This document shows positions 35,524-48,490 of a stretch of 64,000 nt of DNA, piece after piece (position 1 is the first letter of the stretch; every line of letters begins with the position of its first letter). A model generated the notes under the pieces. That model did no database searches. It was not told the DNA's origin and saw only the letters and a list, made by a program, of their open reading frames with translations. The stretch is taken from positions 558,001-622,000 of the forward strand of contig BQFW01000014.1 in NCBI GenBank assembly GCA_020891255.1. Reading direction: 5' to 3'. Both the position numbers and the translations under genes were made by a program. The stretch comes from Entomortierella parvispora E1425 (lineage: Eukaryota > Fungi > Mortierellomycota).

Positions 35524-35879
35524 ATGCGGATCACAGCATTTCCAGGAGCCCTGTTTGTCCTGGCGTTCCTGTTTCGAGACGTAATGTCGGTGCCGGTGCA
35601 CGGAAAGACGGTGGTGGATGTGAGGCTCCCTCTCCGCGTGCCTCCAAAGGCAGTGGTCAACCACGGGTAAGGTTTGGTCTGATCTGCGTGCTGTCGACAA
35701 ATAAAAGATGATCGATAGATCATTGTGCATCTTCCTCTCTAACGGTGCTGTTTTGGCGATATGTTGATCACAGCCAGTTTAGGGCCTTGGACTGTGGGTA
35801 CATGAATGAAAAGTGCTACCATGACTACGATTGCTGCAGTGAGATCTGTGACTTCAGTATTGGCTCCTGCGTAGAGTGA
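35524..35879 (+). CDS. Secreted inhibitor-cystine-knot (knottin) peptide precursor, 82 aa, two exons; not in the ORF track
   Basis: Exon 1 is 35524-35666 (accATG). The intron is 35667-35773 (gtaagg, branch ctaac at 35739-35743, cacag). Exon 2 is 35774-35879. The phase-2 join gives MRITAFPGALFVLAFLFRDVMS-VPVHGKTVVDVRLPLRVPPKAVVNHGQFR-ALDCGYMNEKCYHDYDCCSEICDFSIGSCVE*. Confidence 0.85.
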
Positions 35880-36486
35880 AAGAGAGAAAGAGAGAGAAAG
35901 AGCGAGCAGAGACAAGGACAAGCCCCCTCGGTTCCCGTGCAGGACAGCAATAAAAAAACGTGTTTTGGTGGCGCAAAAGAAAGAAAACGATCGACCGATC
36001 TGGGACAGCCCAGCAGCGCAGCCCGTGCGATGGGTGGCTCTTCCTTGTTTGTTTTCTGCACACTTCCACAGGGTGCGTCTGCACACAACACCTCACACCT
36101 CACGCCTCCCTCTCCTCCCTCGCTCGCTCTCCCAGCCAGCAAAAAGAAAAAAAAAAAAAAAAAGCGCACTGTGCACGTCCATCCAAGGCGCCTCCACTTC
36201 GTTTATTCTGAACTTTTGCTCCTCCTTCCCTGGGCATCTTCTCCTTTCCATCCACCCTTCCATCCCCTCATTCCCGCCTTCGTCCCAAGTGAACGGACCT
36301 CTTCTTTACCCCCTTCCTTCCTTCCTTCTCTTCCTGTTCACTTGCTTATCCCTTTTCCCCAACCTGCACTCCACACTACTCCCCACTCGAGTGCGATCCC
36401 ACCCCTGACCTGACACGATTCGATCCCCTCCCAGAAGCGACCGTCGACATTGATGCTCAGTGACGACCGCCCGCCTTTGCTTCTTC

Positions 36487-39400
36487 ATGTCCATGCCCTC
36501 GGATCCCAACAGCCTTGCATCGCCATCAGGAACGGCAGAAACCGCGATCGTGTCTAATGCCACCAACCCTCCCGTTGCCTCGGCGTTAGAGAGCGAGACT
36601 TTGAGAAGAACCCAGGCTTCGGCATCGACCACCTTGCAAAACGGATCTATGAATGGGGAATCAGGTTCAACAGCCATGGCCATAAACCTTCCAGAGTCGA
36701 CACCTTCTCACAACCTGGACTCGCCAGCACCAGTGTCTTTATCTGCAGTGGAGGATAGTCCAACTTCCACTTCATCGATGACGCTTTCTGCAGGAGAAGG
36801 GACACCCACAACAACAACGTCGGACACGACAACAACTCCAACCCCTCAGCCTCCTCCTCCTGTCAAAAGAGGACCGGGCAGACCCTCTCGTCTGGAGATC
36901 CTCGCCAAAGCCATGAACAACCCGGCTCCAGCTTCGGCTCCAGACCTACGCGACCGACTCAGGAAGGCACCACCTCGTGCCGTGACAGCCTCCCCCACGA
37001 TAGGCTCATCTGTAGGGGTAGTGGACCCAGTGTCGTCGTCGCCCACCGATCTCTCTGGTGGACCTGCAAAGTCGGCTGGGCAGCGAGTCTCCTCACGCCA
37101 CGCACGACCTCCGGCACGGCTCTTGCTGGAATCGACAGTGAATACAAACGGCATAAGTGCACCAAAGGCAACACCTTCAAATCAGCGACCTGTTCTCAAT
37201 CAAAGCCAAAGTCAGCAGGCAATGCCAGTAGTCGTGAAGCGAGGCCCTGGTCGCCCCCCCGGCGTTTCCAGTAATCCTCAGAACCACAGACAGGTGGCCA
37301 ACCTTCCCACATCGCCATCTGTGATACCCTTGAAGCGTGGTCCTGGTCGACCCCCGCGCAATCCTTTGGCCCAAGTGTCTACATCAGCCTCGACATTGAT
37401 AGCGCGGACAAAGTCAAAATCAGCTTCACCAACCATGATCAGAGGCCTTGGATCTGCAGGAAAATTCGTGTCCTCCACCTCATCTTCTCCCAAATCCGCC
37501 ACGTCAGCTATGAGTGAACCTGTTGTTGTGAAGAGAGGACCTGGCCGACCTCCTCGTAACCCTGATGCTAATGGATCACCAGCGCCCCCCCGTCAAAGTC
37601 CAGCCTCAAAGAAGAATGCCGCGCAAATTCATATCGTACTTCCAACACCCTCTTCATCTTCTGCGCCACAGTCTAGGAAGAGGCAGAACAAGAGTGAGGG
37701 CGAGGATGATGAGGCACAGTTATCAGGGAATCCAGAGTCTGGGATCCTCCCGCGAAAGAGGCGTGTCATGTCAGTGACTCCAGGTTCAGGTGCAGGTCGA
37801 GGCCGAGGAGCTGCCGAGACTAAGCCAGTTGTCCCTCCAAAGCCGGCGCCTCCCCCAAAGCCGCTCACACTCTTGGATATTGCAAGGAACGCCAGAGTTG
37901 CAGAATGGGAAGGAAAACTACACAGCGTAATCGACCATCACGACAGCTTGGCACGCGAGCTATACCACCTGGAGACATATACGACCATGCTTACATACGA
38001 CCCTGTGAAGATCAAGTCGGATCATAGCGAAAGAATGCAGAGGGTATGTTGATCAGTGACAATGTAATGTCGCGTGTGTTTTACTTTTGAACATTGACGT
38101 AGATTCTAACTGTTTTTTGTTTTTATGTTCTAGTTCCTACGAAGCTTTGATCTGTGGTCGCAGGTACCTGATCTGGTGTCCAATGTGCAATTAAAAACAG
38201 ACAGGATATCAACAAGAAGGAGCGCGATCGAACATAGGGAGCAGCTGGTCGATATGCTTCAGAAGAATGTAGAAGGCGCGCTCCCCAAACCACCAGAAGG
38301 TGCCCTCGCCACCGACTTGATCCGCCTTGGACCTCTCCGTGGAGCTCAACCCCAATTCTCCAGCTTTGAGGCATACATGGATTCCTTTGTTTATGCGGAC
38401 GACGAAGAGGTCTCTCTCCAGGAATCTGAAAGTCGCGCCGTTGCTCACGCAAAGCTTTTGGATCGGATCGACGCACTCAAGGCAGAGGGCAGGTTGTCAG
38501 GAAAGGCAGGCAAGCCCTTTGTAGATCCAGAAGTGCCAAAGCTGCAGTCGCACTGGCTGATGGAACATATCATGACTTCTTCCAGACTTATCAAAGAGGA
38601 GGGCAAGCTTCAGATGGCCCGCGCTCGTAAGGTTAGCAGGATGATTACTCGTCACTTTGCAGAGTTGCACGGCATGTCAGAAAGAGAGCAGCGTGAAGAA
38701 GAAAAACGAATGAAGAAGGTGGCCAAGTTGACCTCGAACGAGGTTAAAAAGAAGTGGCGTTATGTAGAAGGGGTAAGTGACCTGGTTTCTTTTATGACTG
38801 AAAAGTTGAATTAGGAGACCATTCATCCGGAGACTGACTTTTTTTTTAAAATAGATTGTGAAAGCTCGACACAAAGCCATCCTTCAAGCGGAGATGGAGG
38901 AAGCAGGAAGGCGACATCTGAATCAGATTCTGGAACACTCTACACAAATCTTGGGAGTTCAGCAAACTACATTCGGTCATGGGGCAGGATCTGGATCGCC
39001 AAGCACCCCCGGAACCCCCGGTACACCCATTACGCCTGTTACGCCTGCCACGCCTGTCGTTGCCCCAGATGTCACCATCATGTCGGATATTCAGAGCGAG
39101 AGACCTTCAACGCCTTCAGTTACAGAGCGAAGCAGCCGTCGGTCGTCTGTGGCTCGATCTGTAGCCTCAGCTTCGGACGCAGATGGTGAACTCGATGCAG
39201 GTGACGCCGAATACAACATCACTGAGGCGGACGTGGATGACGAAACCACTTTGGCAAATGAAGAGTCTGGAAGCGAAGACGACGAAGCAGAGATTTCAGG
39301 ACTTGCAGCCGAGATGGATATTCCTATCGAAGAGCTTTTGCGCCAGTATGGCTATCAGTTATCTGGAGGCGAGGAGAGCGGTAGCGATGTTGACAATGGA

Positions 39401-42400
39401 GAGCCCTCCGAAGACGAAGGGCAGGCGCCCAAAAGCGAAAAGTCTGCTGAAAAGGAAAAGTCACCATTGCCGAGCAGGAGGGCTGTTAGGGGACGAAGAA
39501 ACACTGCCGCTACTCCCGAACCAGCACCAAAAGTGGAAGAGACCGAAGACGTGGAGATGGAGCCAGCAAGCTCTCTCAAGGATGTCATTTCTGGCCAGGA
39601 TGCGAATGAGGAGGCGACCTTGACCACAAGTTTGATCAGCACTATCGATACCCAGACCCATGAACTGCCGAGCACAACTTTAGCGGAGAGTCGCGTTGAA
39701 GAGGAGAAGGCCTTGTCATCAAAGGAGATTGTCAATGCTCTGCCAGAGAGTATAAAGGCAGCAAGTAGACCTTTTGGCTACAGCGAGCGTGGACCTTCGA
39801 AACGCCGCCGCCTGTCCCTGACAGACCTGTACCGTGCTGCTCCTCCTCCCCCCAACCCATATGGAGAGCAAGACGATGAACGTACATTGGACGAGGATGA
39901 GCGGGAAGAGTCACCAGATCCCGAGGAGATTCCAACGCTTTTGCTTGAAAAGGATATGCCGATCGAGGACCTCTTGGAACGATATAACTACGAGGAGGAA
40001 GAGAGCTCTGAATACTCAGACTCGTACTATGATTCGGATTCTGAATACGACACTATGGGTATCATGAGTTCCCAGCAAAGAGTCCGAAGAGCCGACCCAC
40101 GATATGTTGTCACTCTGCAGGATGTCGCCGCTCACAGCCGAAAGTTCCCGACCCGGCCTAGTAGCGAGTTTACTGACACAGACGACGACTATGATGACAA
40201 CAGGACGGTATCTATTTATGGAAGCGACGACGAGCTCTGTCTTGGAGATATGCTTCCGTTGCTTGACCCTGTACCTCCACCAAAGTCACCAGAGATTGAT
40301 ACTTTTGCCACCGGTGCGAACGTAAAGACTCGGGTGCCTTTCCTTCTTCGTCATCAGCTTCGCGAGTACCAGCATGTGGGAATGGATTGGCTTGCCAACC
40401 TATACAGTAATGGCCTAAACGGAATCCTTGCCGATGAGATGGGTCTCGGAAAGACGATGCAAACTATTGCCCTCCTTGCCCATTTGGCTTGTGATCATGG
40501 AGTCTGGGGACCTCATCTTATTGTTGTCCCTACCAGTGTCATGCTGAACTGGGAAATGGAGTTCAAGAAGTGGTGTCCAGGTTTCAAGATCATGACCTAC
40601 TACGGAAGTCCCAAGGAGCGCAAGGAAAAGCGTGTTGGATGGTCTCGAGAGCATGCTTTCCATGTCTGCATCACCTCATACCAGCTCGTTGTCCAGGACC
40701 AGTCTGTTTTCAGACGCAAGGCATGGCAATACCTGATTTTGGATGAAGCCCACAACATCAAGAACTTCCGGTCTCAACGTTGGCAGACGCTTCTCAATTT
40801 CAACTCGGCCAGGCGACTCTTGTTGACAGGAACACCACTGCAGAACAATCTTATGGAACTCTGGTCTTTGCTCTACTTCCTGATGCCTAACGGTGTTTCT
40901 GAGACGATGCCTGTCGGTTTCGCAAATCAAAAAGAGTTTCAGGAGTGGTTCTCTCATCCCGTGGATCGCATGATCGAAGGCAATGAGCAACAGGACGAAG
41001 ATTCTAAGGCGGCGATTGCACGATTGCATACAGTCCTTCGTCCCTACCTCCTTCGTCGACTGAAGGCGGACGTCGAAACTCAGATGCCAGCAAAGTATGA
41101 GCATGTGGTATACTGCCGACTGTCAAAGCGTCAACGATTCCTCTATGACGACTTTATGAGCCGAGCCAAAACCCGTGAGACTCTTGCGTCCGGAAACTTT
41201 TTGAGCATCATCAACTGTTTGATGCAGCTTCGCAAGGTCTGTAACCACCCGGACTTGTTTGAAGTTCGTCCCATTGTCACGTCCTTTGCAATGCCCTCTG
41301 CTGTGGCCTCGTTTGAAATTACCGAGTTCTTGGTTCGCCGCAGGATGTTTGCCGAGGTGGACAGGGCTCGCGAGTCTGTGAACCTGGAGTTTTTGGGCTT
41401 GATCTTAACCAGATCAGAGGGTTCCATCTCCAGATCCGACATGGGCGCTTTCAAGGAACTCGACGCATCACCTGCTTTCCGACAAATGGCGGCTCAGTTT
41501 GTCCAGCCTCAGTCAAAGAGCGTCTCGTCCTCGGGTCATTACCATGAGATTCGACAGTACTCGACCATGAGGAGACATCGATTCTTGCAGGAGAGCAAGG
41601 CGCGATGGGAGCAATTAGGATATGCCAATGCCAATAGATGCAACATCCAAGTGATGTATGGCTCCAGCTTGATCCAGTTGTGTCAGTCTTCAGCCAAGAT
41701 CCGTGCTGGATGCAGCACCATTCTGGATCAGGTTTCCGACCCCCGCCAGTTCATGGAGTACACGGAAGCCGTTGCTCAAGCAGTGGTGCCAAGCGAAACA
41801 CGATTTCACAGGGAGGAAGAGACCATCAAACGGTTTGCATTTGTTACGCCGGCCGTCATGGTGAGAGATCCTGCCTGGATTCCCCTCGAAATCAACCCCT
41901 CACCCCCCGCCTTGGAAGTTGTATGCAACCGAGCCAAGGAGTTGTTGCATCCTATCGAAAATCGTCTTCAGGTCCAGTTCCCGGACAAGCGATTGCTTCA
42001 GTTTGATTGCGGCAAGTTGCAAAAGCTGGACAGTCTTCTTCGGGAGCTCAAGTCGGGCGGTCATCGCGCTCTGATCTTCACTCAAATGACCAAGGTGCTC
42101 GATATCCTGGAGATCTTTTTGAACATTCACGGACATCGTTACCTCAGACTCGATGGTGCGACTAAAGTGGAGAACCGTCAGCATCTCACGGATCGATTCA
42201 ATTCCGATCCAAAGATCCTGGCCTTTATTCTCTCGACCCGATCAGGAGGTGTGGGCATCAATCTGACTGGTGCAGATACTGTCATCTTTTACGACTCTGA
42301 CTGGAACCCTTCAATGGATCGTCAGTGCCAGGACAGGTAAAAAATGCTGAAACGGACTTTATCTGTTTATTGACTGACGCACCCATACCATATTCTAACC

Positions 42401-43294
42401 CTCTGTTGCATTTTATTGAATCTCTGAAGATGTCATCGTATTGGTCAAACCAGAGATGTCCATATCTATCGCTTTGTCAGCGAGTTTACCATCGAGGAGA
42501 ACATGCTCAAGAAGGCGAACCAGAAGCGCCTGTTGGATAATGTGGTCATTCAGGAGGGAGAGTTCACGACCGACTACTTTCAAAAGATGGACTGGCGAGA
42601 CATGCTTGGTGAGGAAGAACTGGCCAAGATTGGCGATTTGGCGCCGGCGACCGATGCTGGCACTCCCCAAGATCTTTCGACCGTCCATGGCGCAGATTTG
42701 GAGCAAGCTCTCGCAGCAGCCGAAGATGAGAACGACGTCTTGGCCATGCATCAAGCGAAGCATGAGATGGAGGGCGTTGACGTGAGCGACTTTTCGGATG
42801 CAGTGCCGGCAGCGCCAGCAACTCCAGGTGCAAGCTCGACAAGTCTTGCCAAAGGAAGCGGCGGAGCCAGAGTACAGTTTGCAGGAGCCGAGTCCAATGA
42901 GGAGGAATATGGCGAAGTCATTGAGATGGGCCATGTGGACGAGTACATGCTTCGATTTATGGAGCGTGAGTTTGGTCACTATGTTGGCTTTGGAGGTTTG
43001 CCCGAGCCCGTCAAGGCAGATGTTGATGGAGATCTGGAGATGAGGGGCGATAGCCTGATTGAGGAGCTGTCCGAGGCAGAGAACGAAGAGGAAGAAGAGG
43101 AGGAGGAGGAAGAAGAAGAGGACGAGTACGACCTCGAGGATAGCGGTTCTGAAGCTGAAGAAGGCGAAAGTGCCAGCGAAGACAGCGACGAGAGCTCTGA
43201 AGATGAGGACGAAGACGGAGAAGATAATGGGGAAGGCGCCGCTGGAATCGATGACAAGAACGAAGCAGAGAGTCAAGCGATGGACGAGGATTAG
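36487..43294 (+). CDS. SWR1: SWR1/SRCAP-type Snf2 chromatin remodeller (H2A.Z exchange)
   Basis: Exons 36487-38043, 38134-38772, 38855-42336, 42430-43294. HSA-like region (HWLMEH...REEEKRMKKVAK), LREYQHVGMDWLA...NGILADEMGLGKT, LILDEAHNIKNFRSQRWQ, split ATPase with insertion, [37 protein letters not shown], acidic tail. Confidence 0.96.
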
Positions 43295-43379
43295 AACTGC
43301 TACGCGCAACATTGTAATTTTGTATCATAGAAAAGAAGAGCCAGCCAATGTACTATATTTTCTCTTTATTGAAGAGATG

Positions 43380-43634
43380 CTATACGGATTTCTCCTTCTG
43401 GTCTTTCTGCTGTTGTTCTTGTTGCTGCTTCTGTTCACGCTCAATGTCCCGTTGGTATTGTTCAAGGAGATCGCTGGGGTTGACCTTTGCCGGGACGTGT
43501 CTGGGGGGCTTGCCTTCGTCCAGGACCAGGCGCTTGTAGAGGATATACGAGGTCGTGACAAAGAGAGGGACGGTGACGATAATAGTCAAAAGTCTTTGAC
43601 CCTGGGGGTTGAGTTTGTTGGACAAGAGAGCCAT
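43380..43634 (-). CDS. Small single-pass membrane protein (84 aa), unknown function
   Basis: [42 protein letters not shown]... has one TM helix, a TSY.LY.RL.L motif and a Q/K/E-rich tail. It fits between SWR1 (convergent) and SF3B4 (divergent). Confidence 0.7.
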   Translation of the reverse strand: MALLSNKLNPQGQRLLTIIVTVPLFVTTSYILYKRLVLDEGKPPRHVPAKVNPSDLLEQYQRDIEREQKQQQEQQQKDQKEKSV

Positions 43635-43890
43635 TCTGAAGAGAGTAAGCAAGGGAGGAGATTCCTGTTGCGTGAAGGGTGGGTTGGTTGGTGGTTGGTG
43701 GAATAGAGAAGATCGATCGATTGTCCGAGCGGAGAGGGATTCATTCGCAGAGGGAAATGGACCTGTTGATCGGCCGGTGGCTTTGCGGTTTCGAGGAAGG
43801 CATTCATTCCTTGGGCGATTAGATGTGGAGGGACGAAACGCAGTTGATCCCTCTTTCTTCTATAGCTCAACTCACAACAAGGACATCGCC

Positions 43891-45264
43891 ATGGCTCAAC
43901 CGATCGAGCGTAATCAGGATGCCACCGTCTATGTCGGAAACCTGGATGACCGCTGCTCAGACACCCTTGTCTGGGAGCTGATGGCCCAGGCTGGACCTGT
44001 CGGTACGACGAAATAATGAGCCAGCACTTTTTTTCTCCTTCAGTCGCGTGCCATGCAATCCATCTGCAATGGACGGTTCTTCTTTGACAAGAGGCAGCAG
44101 TAACTCATCTTCGAACCGTCTTCATGCTCATACTCATGCGTTCCCTTACCTTTTCCTCTTTTAGTTAATGTGCACTTGCCCAAGGACAGAGTGACGCAGA
44201 TGCACCAAAACTATGGATTTTGTGAATACGTCTCTGAGGACGATGCCGACTATGCCTGCAAGATCCTCAACCAAGTAAAGCTCTATGGAAAGCCTCTCAG
44301 GATCAACAAGGCCACCTCTGACAAAAAGAACTTGGATGTGGGCGCTTCACTGTTCATTGGAAACTTGGCCCCTGATGCGGACGAGACATTGCTGCGGGAT
44401 ACCTTCAGTGCCTTTGGAACGGTCATGGGTCATGCCAAGGTGGCGCGCGATCTGGAGACGGGTCAATCCAAGGGTTATGGATTCGTCAGTTTTGATAACT
44501 TTGAGAGCTCGGATGCCGCCATTGATGCCATGAACGGACAGATCTTGGCCAACAAGCCCATCACGGTCGGTTACGCTTACAAGAAGGACGGAAAGGGAGA
44601 GAGACACGGATCCGCTGCCGGTATTGTCTTTTTCTGTTTTTTTTTCTTGGATGTTCTTTTCATTTGAATTGATGCATTTGTATGTGGTGTTCTTTTTCCT
44701 GACGGTTCACTTTTTTTGTTTTCAATGATAGAGCGTTTGATTGCTGCTCAGGGACAAAAGAACCAGCCAATGCCCAACAGACTTTTTGCAGATATTCCAG
44801 GATCAGGAGGACCAGGAGGACCAGGAGGATTCACACCTACAGGATCCAATGCTGCACCCGTTTCTAGACCCCCTCCATTTTCACAACCAGGCGGCATGCA
44901 AAGGCCACCACCTGCACCTTATGGTCAGCAGCCTGGACCACCCCCTCAGCGATTTGGTGGATATCCAGGACAAATGCCACCTGCACAGCCTCAATACCAT
45001 GGAAGCAACGCCATCCCATTGGGACAGCCTGCAAGGCCGCCACCCTTTGGTGCCATGTTGCCCCCAGGTGCGCCAGCACCTCCACCCCCTGGAATGTATG
45101 CACCAAATCCTAATCAGCCTCCTATGCCACCTCCAGGATATCCACCTATGCAGCAGGGTTACCCAGGAGGACCTCCACCCATGCGTCCCCCAGGCAACTA
45201 TGCACCCTATGGTGCACCTCCTCCACCCCATCCGGGCTACCAAGGCTACCCTGGTCAGCAATAA
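43891..45264 (+). CDS. HSH49: U2 snRNP SF3b subunit 4 (two RRMs plus Pro/Gly-rich tail)
   Basis: Exons 43891-44002, 44165-44620, 44732-45264. [13 protein letters not shown]...[22 protein letters not shown]...[12 protein letters not shown]...ERHGSAAERLIAAQ. Confidence 0.97.
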
Positions 45265-45547
45265 AAAGTTGTTCGCTTGGGGCCTTTGACTTACAAACAC
45301 AAATAAAAAATTCCATTTTCAGCTTCCATGTTGGATTTTGGTGGCAAAATAAGCCACCCGCTGGGCACCATTCAATAAACAATGGCCGAGCCCATGGTGA
45401 CCATCGGCACATTTCTCCAGCTACCGAGTTCCCAATTGTCGACAGACGTTCAGGGCAAACAGAAACAACGACAGCCCCTCCAAACAGGATATCGATATTC
45501 GGGAATCCTGAACCTTCATTTGCAGTTCTTGACCATTCTTTCCGACA

Positions 45548-48225
45548 ATGTTCAAGGTTTCAAAGACATTGGTTCTTCTCAGTCACACCACCAGGACCGT
45601 CTCGACAGTCTCCAGCAGGGGTATCTCCTCAGCATCGTCGATCGGAGGTCCCCTGCGAGCACTGGAGCATAGAACGACTCGATTCTCGGCTCAAAGAATG
45701 ACTCTGACCTCTACTGGTGGACAGTTCCGTTCAGTGACCCTGGCGGCTTCTCAGGCCTTGCCTCCGACCCCTGAAACGACCTTTGATGTCATTGTGGTTG
45801 GAGGTGGACATGCCGGATCCGAGGCCTGCGCTGCTGCTGCAAGAACCGGCGCAAAGACTTTGTTGTTGACACAGAAACTGGATACCATTGGTGAGTGTCG
45901 TATTGAGTGATCTTGGAGCCAGCTTTTGAAGAAAGCTCGGAAAGTTATTCTAACAATGGTCGCTTTCGCTATTAATAGGGGAAATGTCATGCAATCCGTC
46001 GTTCGGTGGAGTGGGCAAGGGAGTTCTTGTCCGAGAAATCGATGCGTTGGATGGACTTTGCGGCCGGATCTCGGATTTGGCTGGTGTTCAGTTCAGGATC
46101 TTGAACCGATCCAAAGGACCCGCTGTGCATGGACCTAGAGCTCAGATTGACAGAAAGTTGTACAAGAAGCATATGCAGAAGGCTTTGAACGAATACCCTA
46201 ACCTGACTATCAAAGCTGGTAGTGTTTCGGATATTGTCCTTGGAGCAGAGATCTTGCCACCTACACCCGGACAAAACAATGTTCAAGGAGAGATCAAGGG
46301 AATCAAACTTGGTAAGTTGGCATATTTCCTGGCGTCTCCAGCTATTTGTCGCCGTCTTTTACTATCATCTAAACTGTTTATTGCCTGCTTACTGTTGTTC
46401 AGAATCCGGAGAGGTGATCCATGCGCCCAAGGTGATCATTACTACAGGAACGTTCCTCCGAGGAGAGATTCATATTGGTCTCACGGCCTACCCTGCAGGA
46501 AGAATTGATGAGGAGGCGTCGATCGGACTCTCGGACTCCTTGGCTGAGGCAGGATTCGAGTTGTCCCGACTCAAGACAGGTACCCCACCCCGACTGGATG
46601 GCAAGACGATCGACTATTCTCAACTGACGCCCCAGCACGGAGACATGCCCCCTGCACCTTTCTCGTACCTGAACAAGGAGGTCGCCAACGCCAACAACCA
46701 GCTGATCTGCTACCAGACGAGCACCAACGCCAAGACTCACGATATTATCCGCAACAATCTGCACAAATCAATTCACATTCGAGAGAATGTCAAGGGTCCT
46801 CGATACTGTCCCTCGATCGAGTCTAAGATTATGAGATTTGCGACCAAGGAGTCCCATACAATCTGGCTTGAGCCTGAAGGTTATGACACGGATGTGGTGT
46901 ACCCTAACGGTATTTCGATGACGCTGCCTGAGGAGGAACAGATCCAAATGCTCCGAACAATCAAGGGTCTCGAGAATGTCACAGTCTTGCGCTGCGGATA
47001 TGGTGTCGAGTACGATTATGTTGACCCCAGGGAATTGAAGCGAACCTTGGAGACCCATCGTATCCATGGATTGTACTTGGCTGGACAGATCAATGGCACA
47101 ACTGGCTATGAGGAAGCAGCTGCCCAGGGAGTTCTTGCCGGCATCAACGCTGGATTGGCCTCTCAGTCTAAGCCCCCTCTGATCTTGACTCGTGCGGATG
47201 CCTATATTGGTGTATTGGTCGATGACCTGATTACCAAGGGTGTGGAGGAGCCTTACAGAATCTTTACGTCGCGCTCAGAGTACAGATTGTCGTTGCGAGC
47301 AGACAATGCGGATCTTCGTTTGACCCGTAAAGCCTACGAGGCAGGATGTGTCTCTGACTACCGCTGGAGGGCTTTCCAGGAGATGGAAAAGGAGATGAAC
47401 CGAGGCATAGAGCTTATGAGCAACTTTGTCTTGACACCCTTCAAGTGGGCCGAGTTTGGCTTTGGAAAGAGTGATGATGGTGTCAGACGCAGGTAAGTCT
47501 CCATTGAAATGCCATAACGCACTTTATTGATATGTGGATTTTTTTTCTAATGACAGTCGTTTCGTGTGTTTTCCCTGCGGATCAAATTATCTTTAGTGCG
47601 CTCGACATGCTTGCATTCCCTAATGCCAAGATGCAACACTTCTACAAGGCGATCCCTGAACTTGAGAAGATGGACCCGATTGTGCAAGCCAAGATTGAGA
47701 TTGAAGGTGCTTACGCAGTCTATCTGAAGCGTCAAGGAGCAGAGGTCTCTGCTTTTATGAGAGATGAAGCCATGGAGCTCCCCGTTGATCTGGATTATTC
47801 TGCGTATGTGAAGAAATGACCACTGTGCCTTTGTTTGCTATATATCTTGCCATTGAAAACGGTCTTCTAATATTTATCTCCCTTTTTGTAGTATCGCTAA
47901 CCTTTCCCACGAGAACCGATCCAAGCTCGAGCGTCAACGACCAGCCACTTTGGTAAGTCATTTCACCTGATCCTTTGCATCGGTTCCTTTGATGTGGCTA
48001 TTATTGGCCTTGTTCATTGGTACTTACTGACTTCTTTTTTTCTTGTATTCGTTTCTTCAGGGTGCTGCCAAGCGTATCGAGGGAATGACTCCTACCAGTA
48101 TCTTGGAGCTGCTGAAATATGTCCAAAAGACACGCAGACCTGCAACCACGATCACAGGAGAGGCTCTCCGCCCTGGCAGCAGAAAGGATCGTTTGAGACA
48201 GAGACTCTTGGCCAAGGAGTTTTAG
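45548..48225 (+). CDS. MTO1: Mitochondrial tRNA uridine-34 modification enzyme (GidA/MnmG family)
   Basis: Exons 45548-45890, 45979-46312, 46403-47492, 47597-47803, 47892-47952, 48061-48225. Motifs [66 protein letters not shown]. Confidence 0.96.
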
Positions 48226-48463
48226 TTTTTTTCCCCTCCTTCTTGTTGTCGCCCCTACTTTTTGTCAGCTTTTGTATTTTTACCTACCATTCCGTTTCTG
48301 ATCCGTAGACCCTGTAAAATAAAGAACAGATATAGATGTTTAAAACACCCGGATCAAGTGAGATCCAGAAGGAGCAGCAGAATAGCGAAGTGTCAGTGAG
48401 AATGTGAGGATAGGTGTGAGCGGTGGTTAAGAGAGAGAGATGGCAGAGTGTGATCAAATGAGA

Positions 48464-48490
48464 GAGTGAGTGAGTGAGTGAGTGAGTGAG
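48464..48490 (+). repeat. (GAGT)6+ microsatellite
   Basis: Direct reading, between MTO1 and LIP5. Confidence 0.85.
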
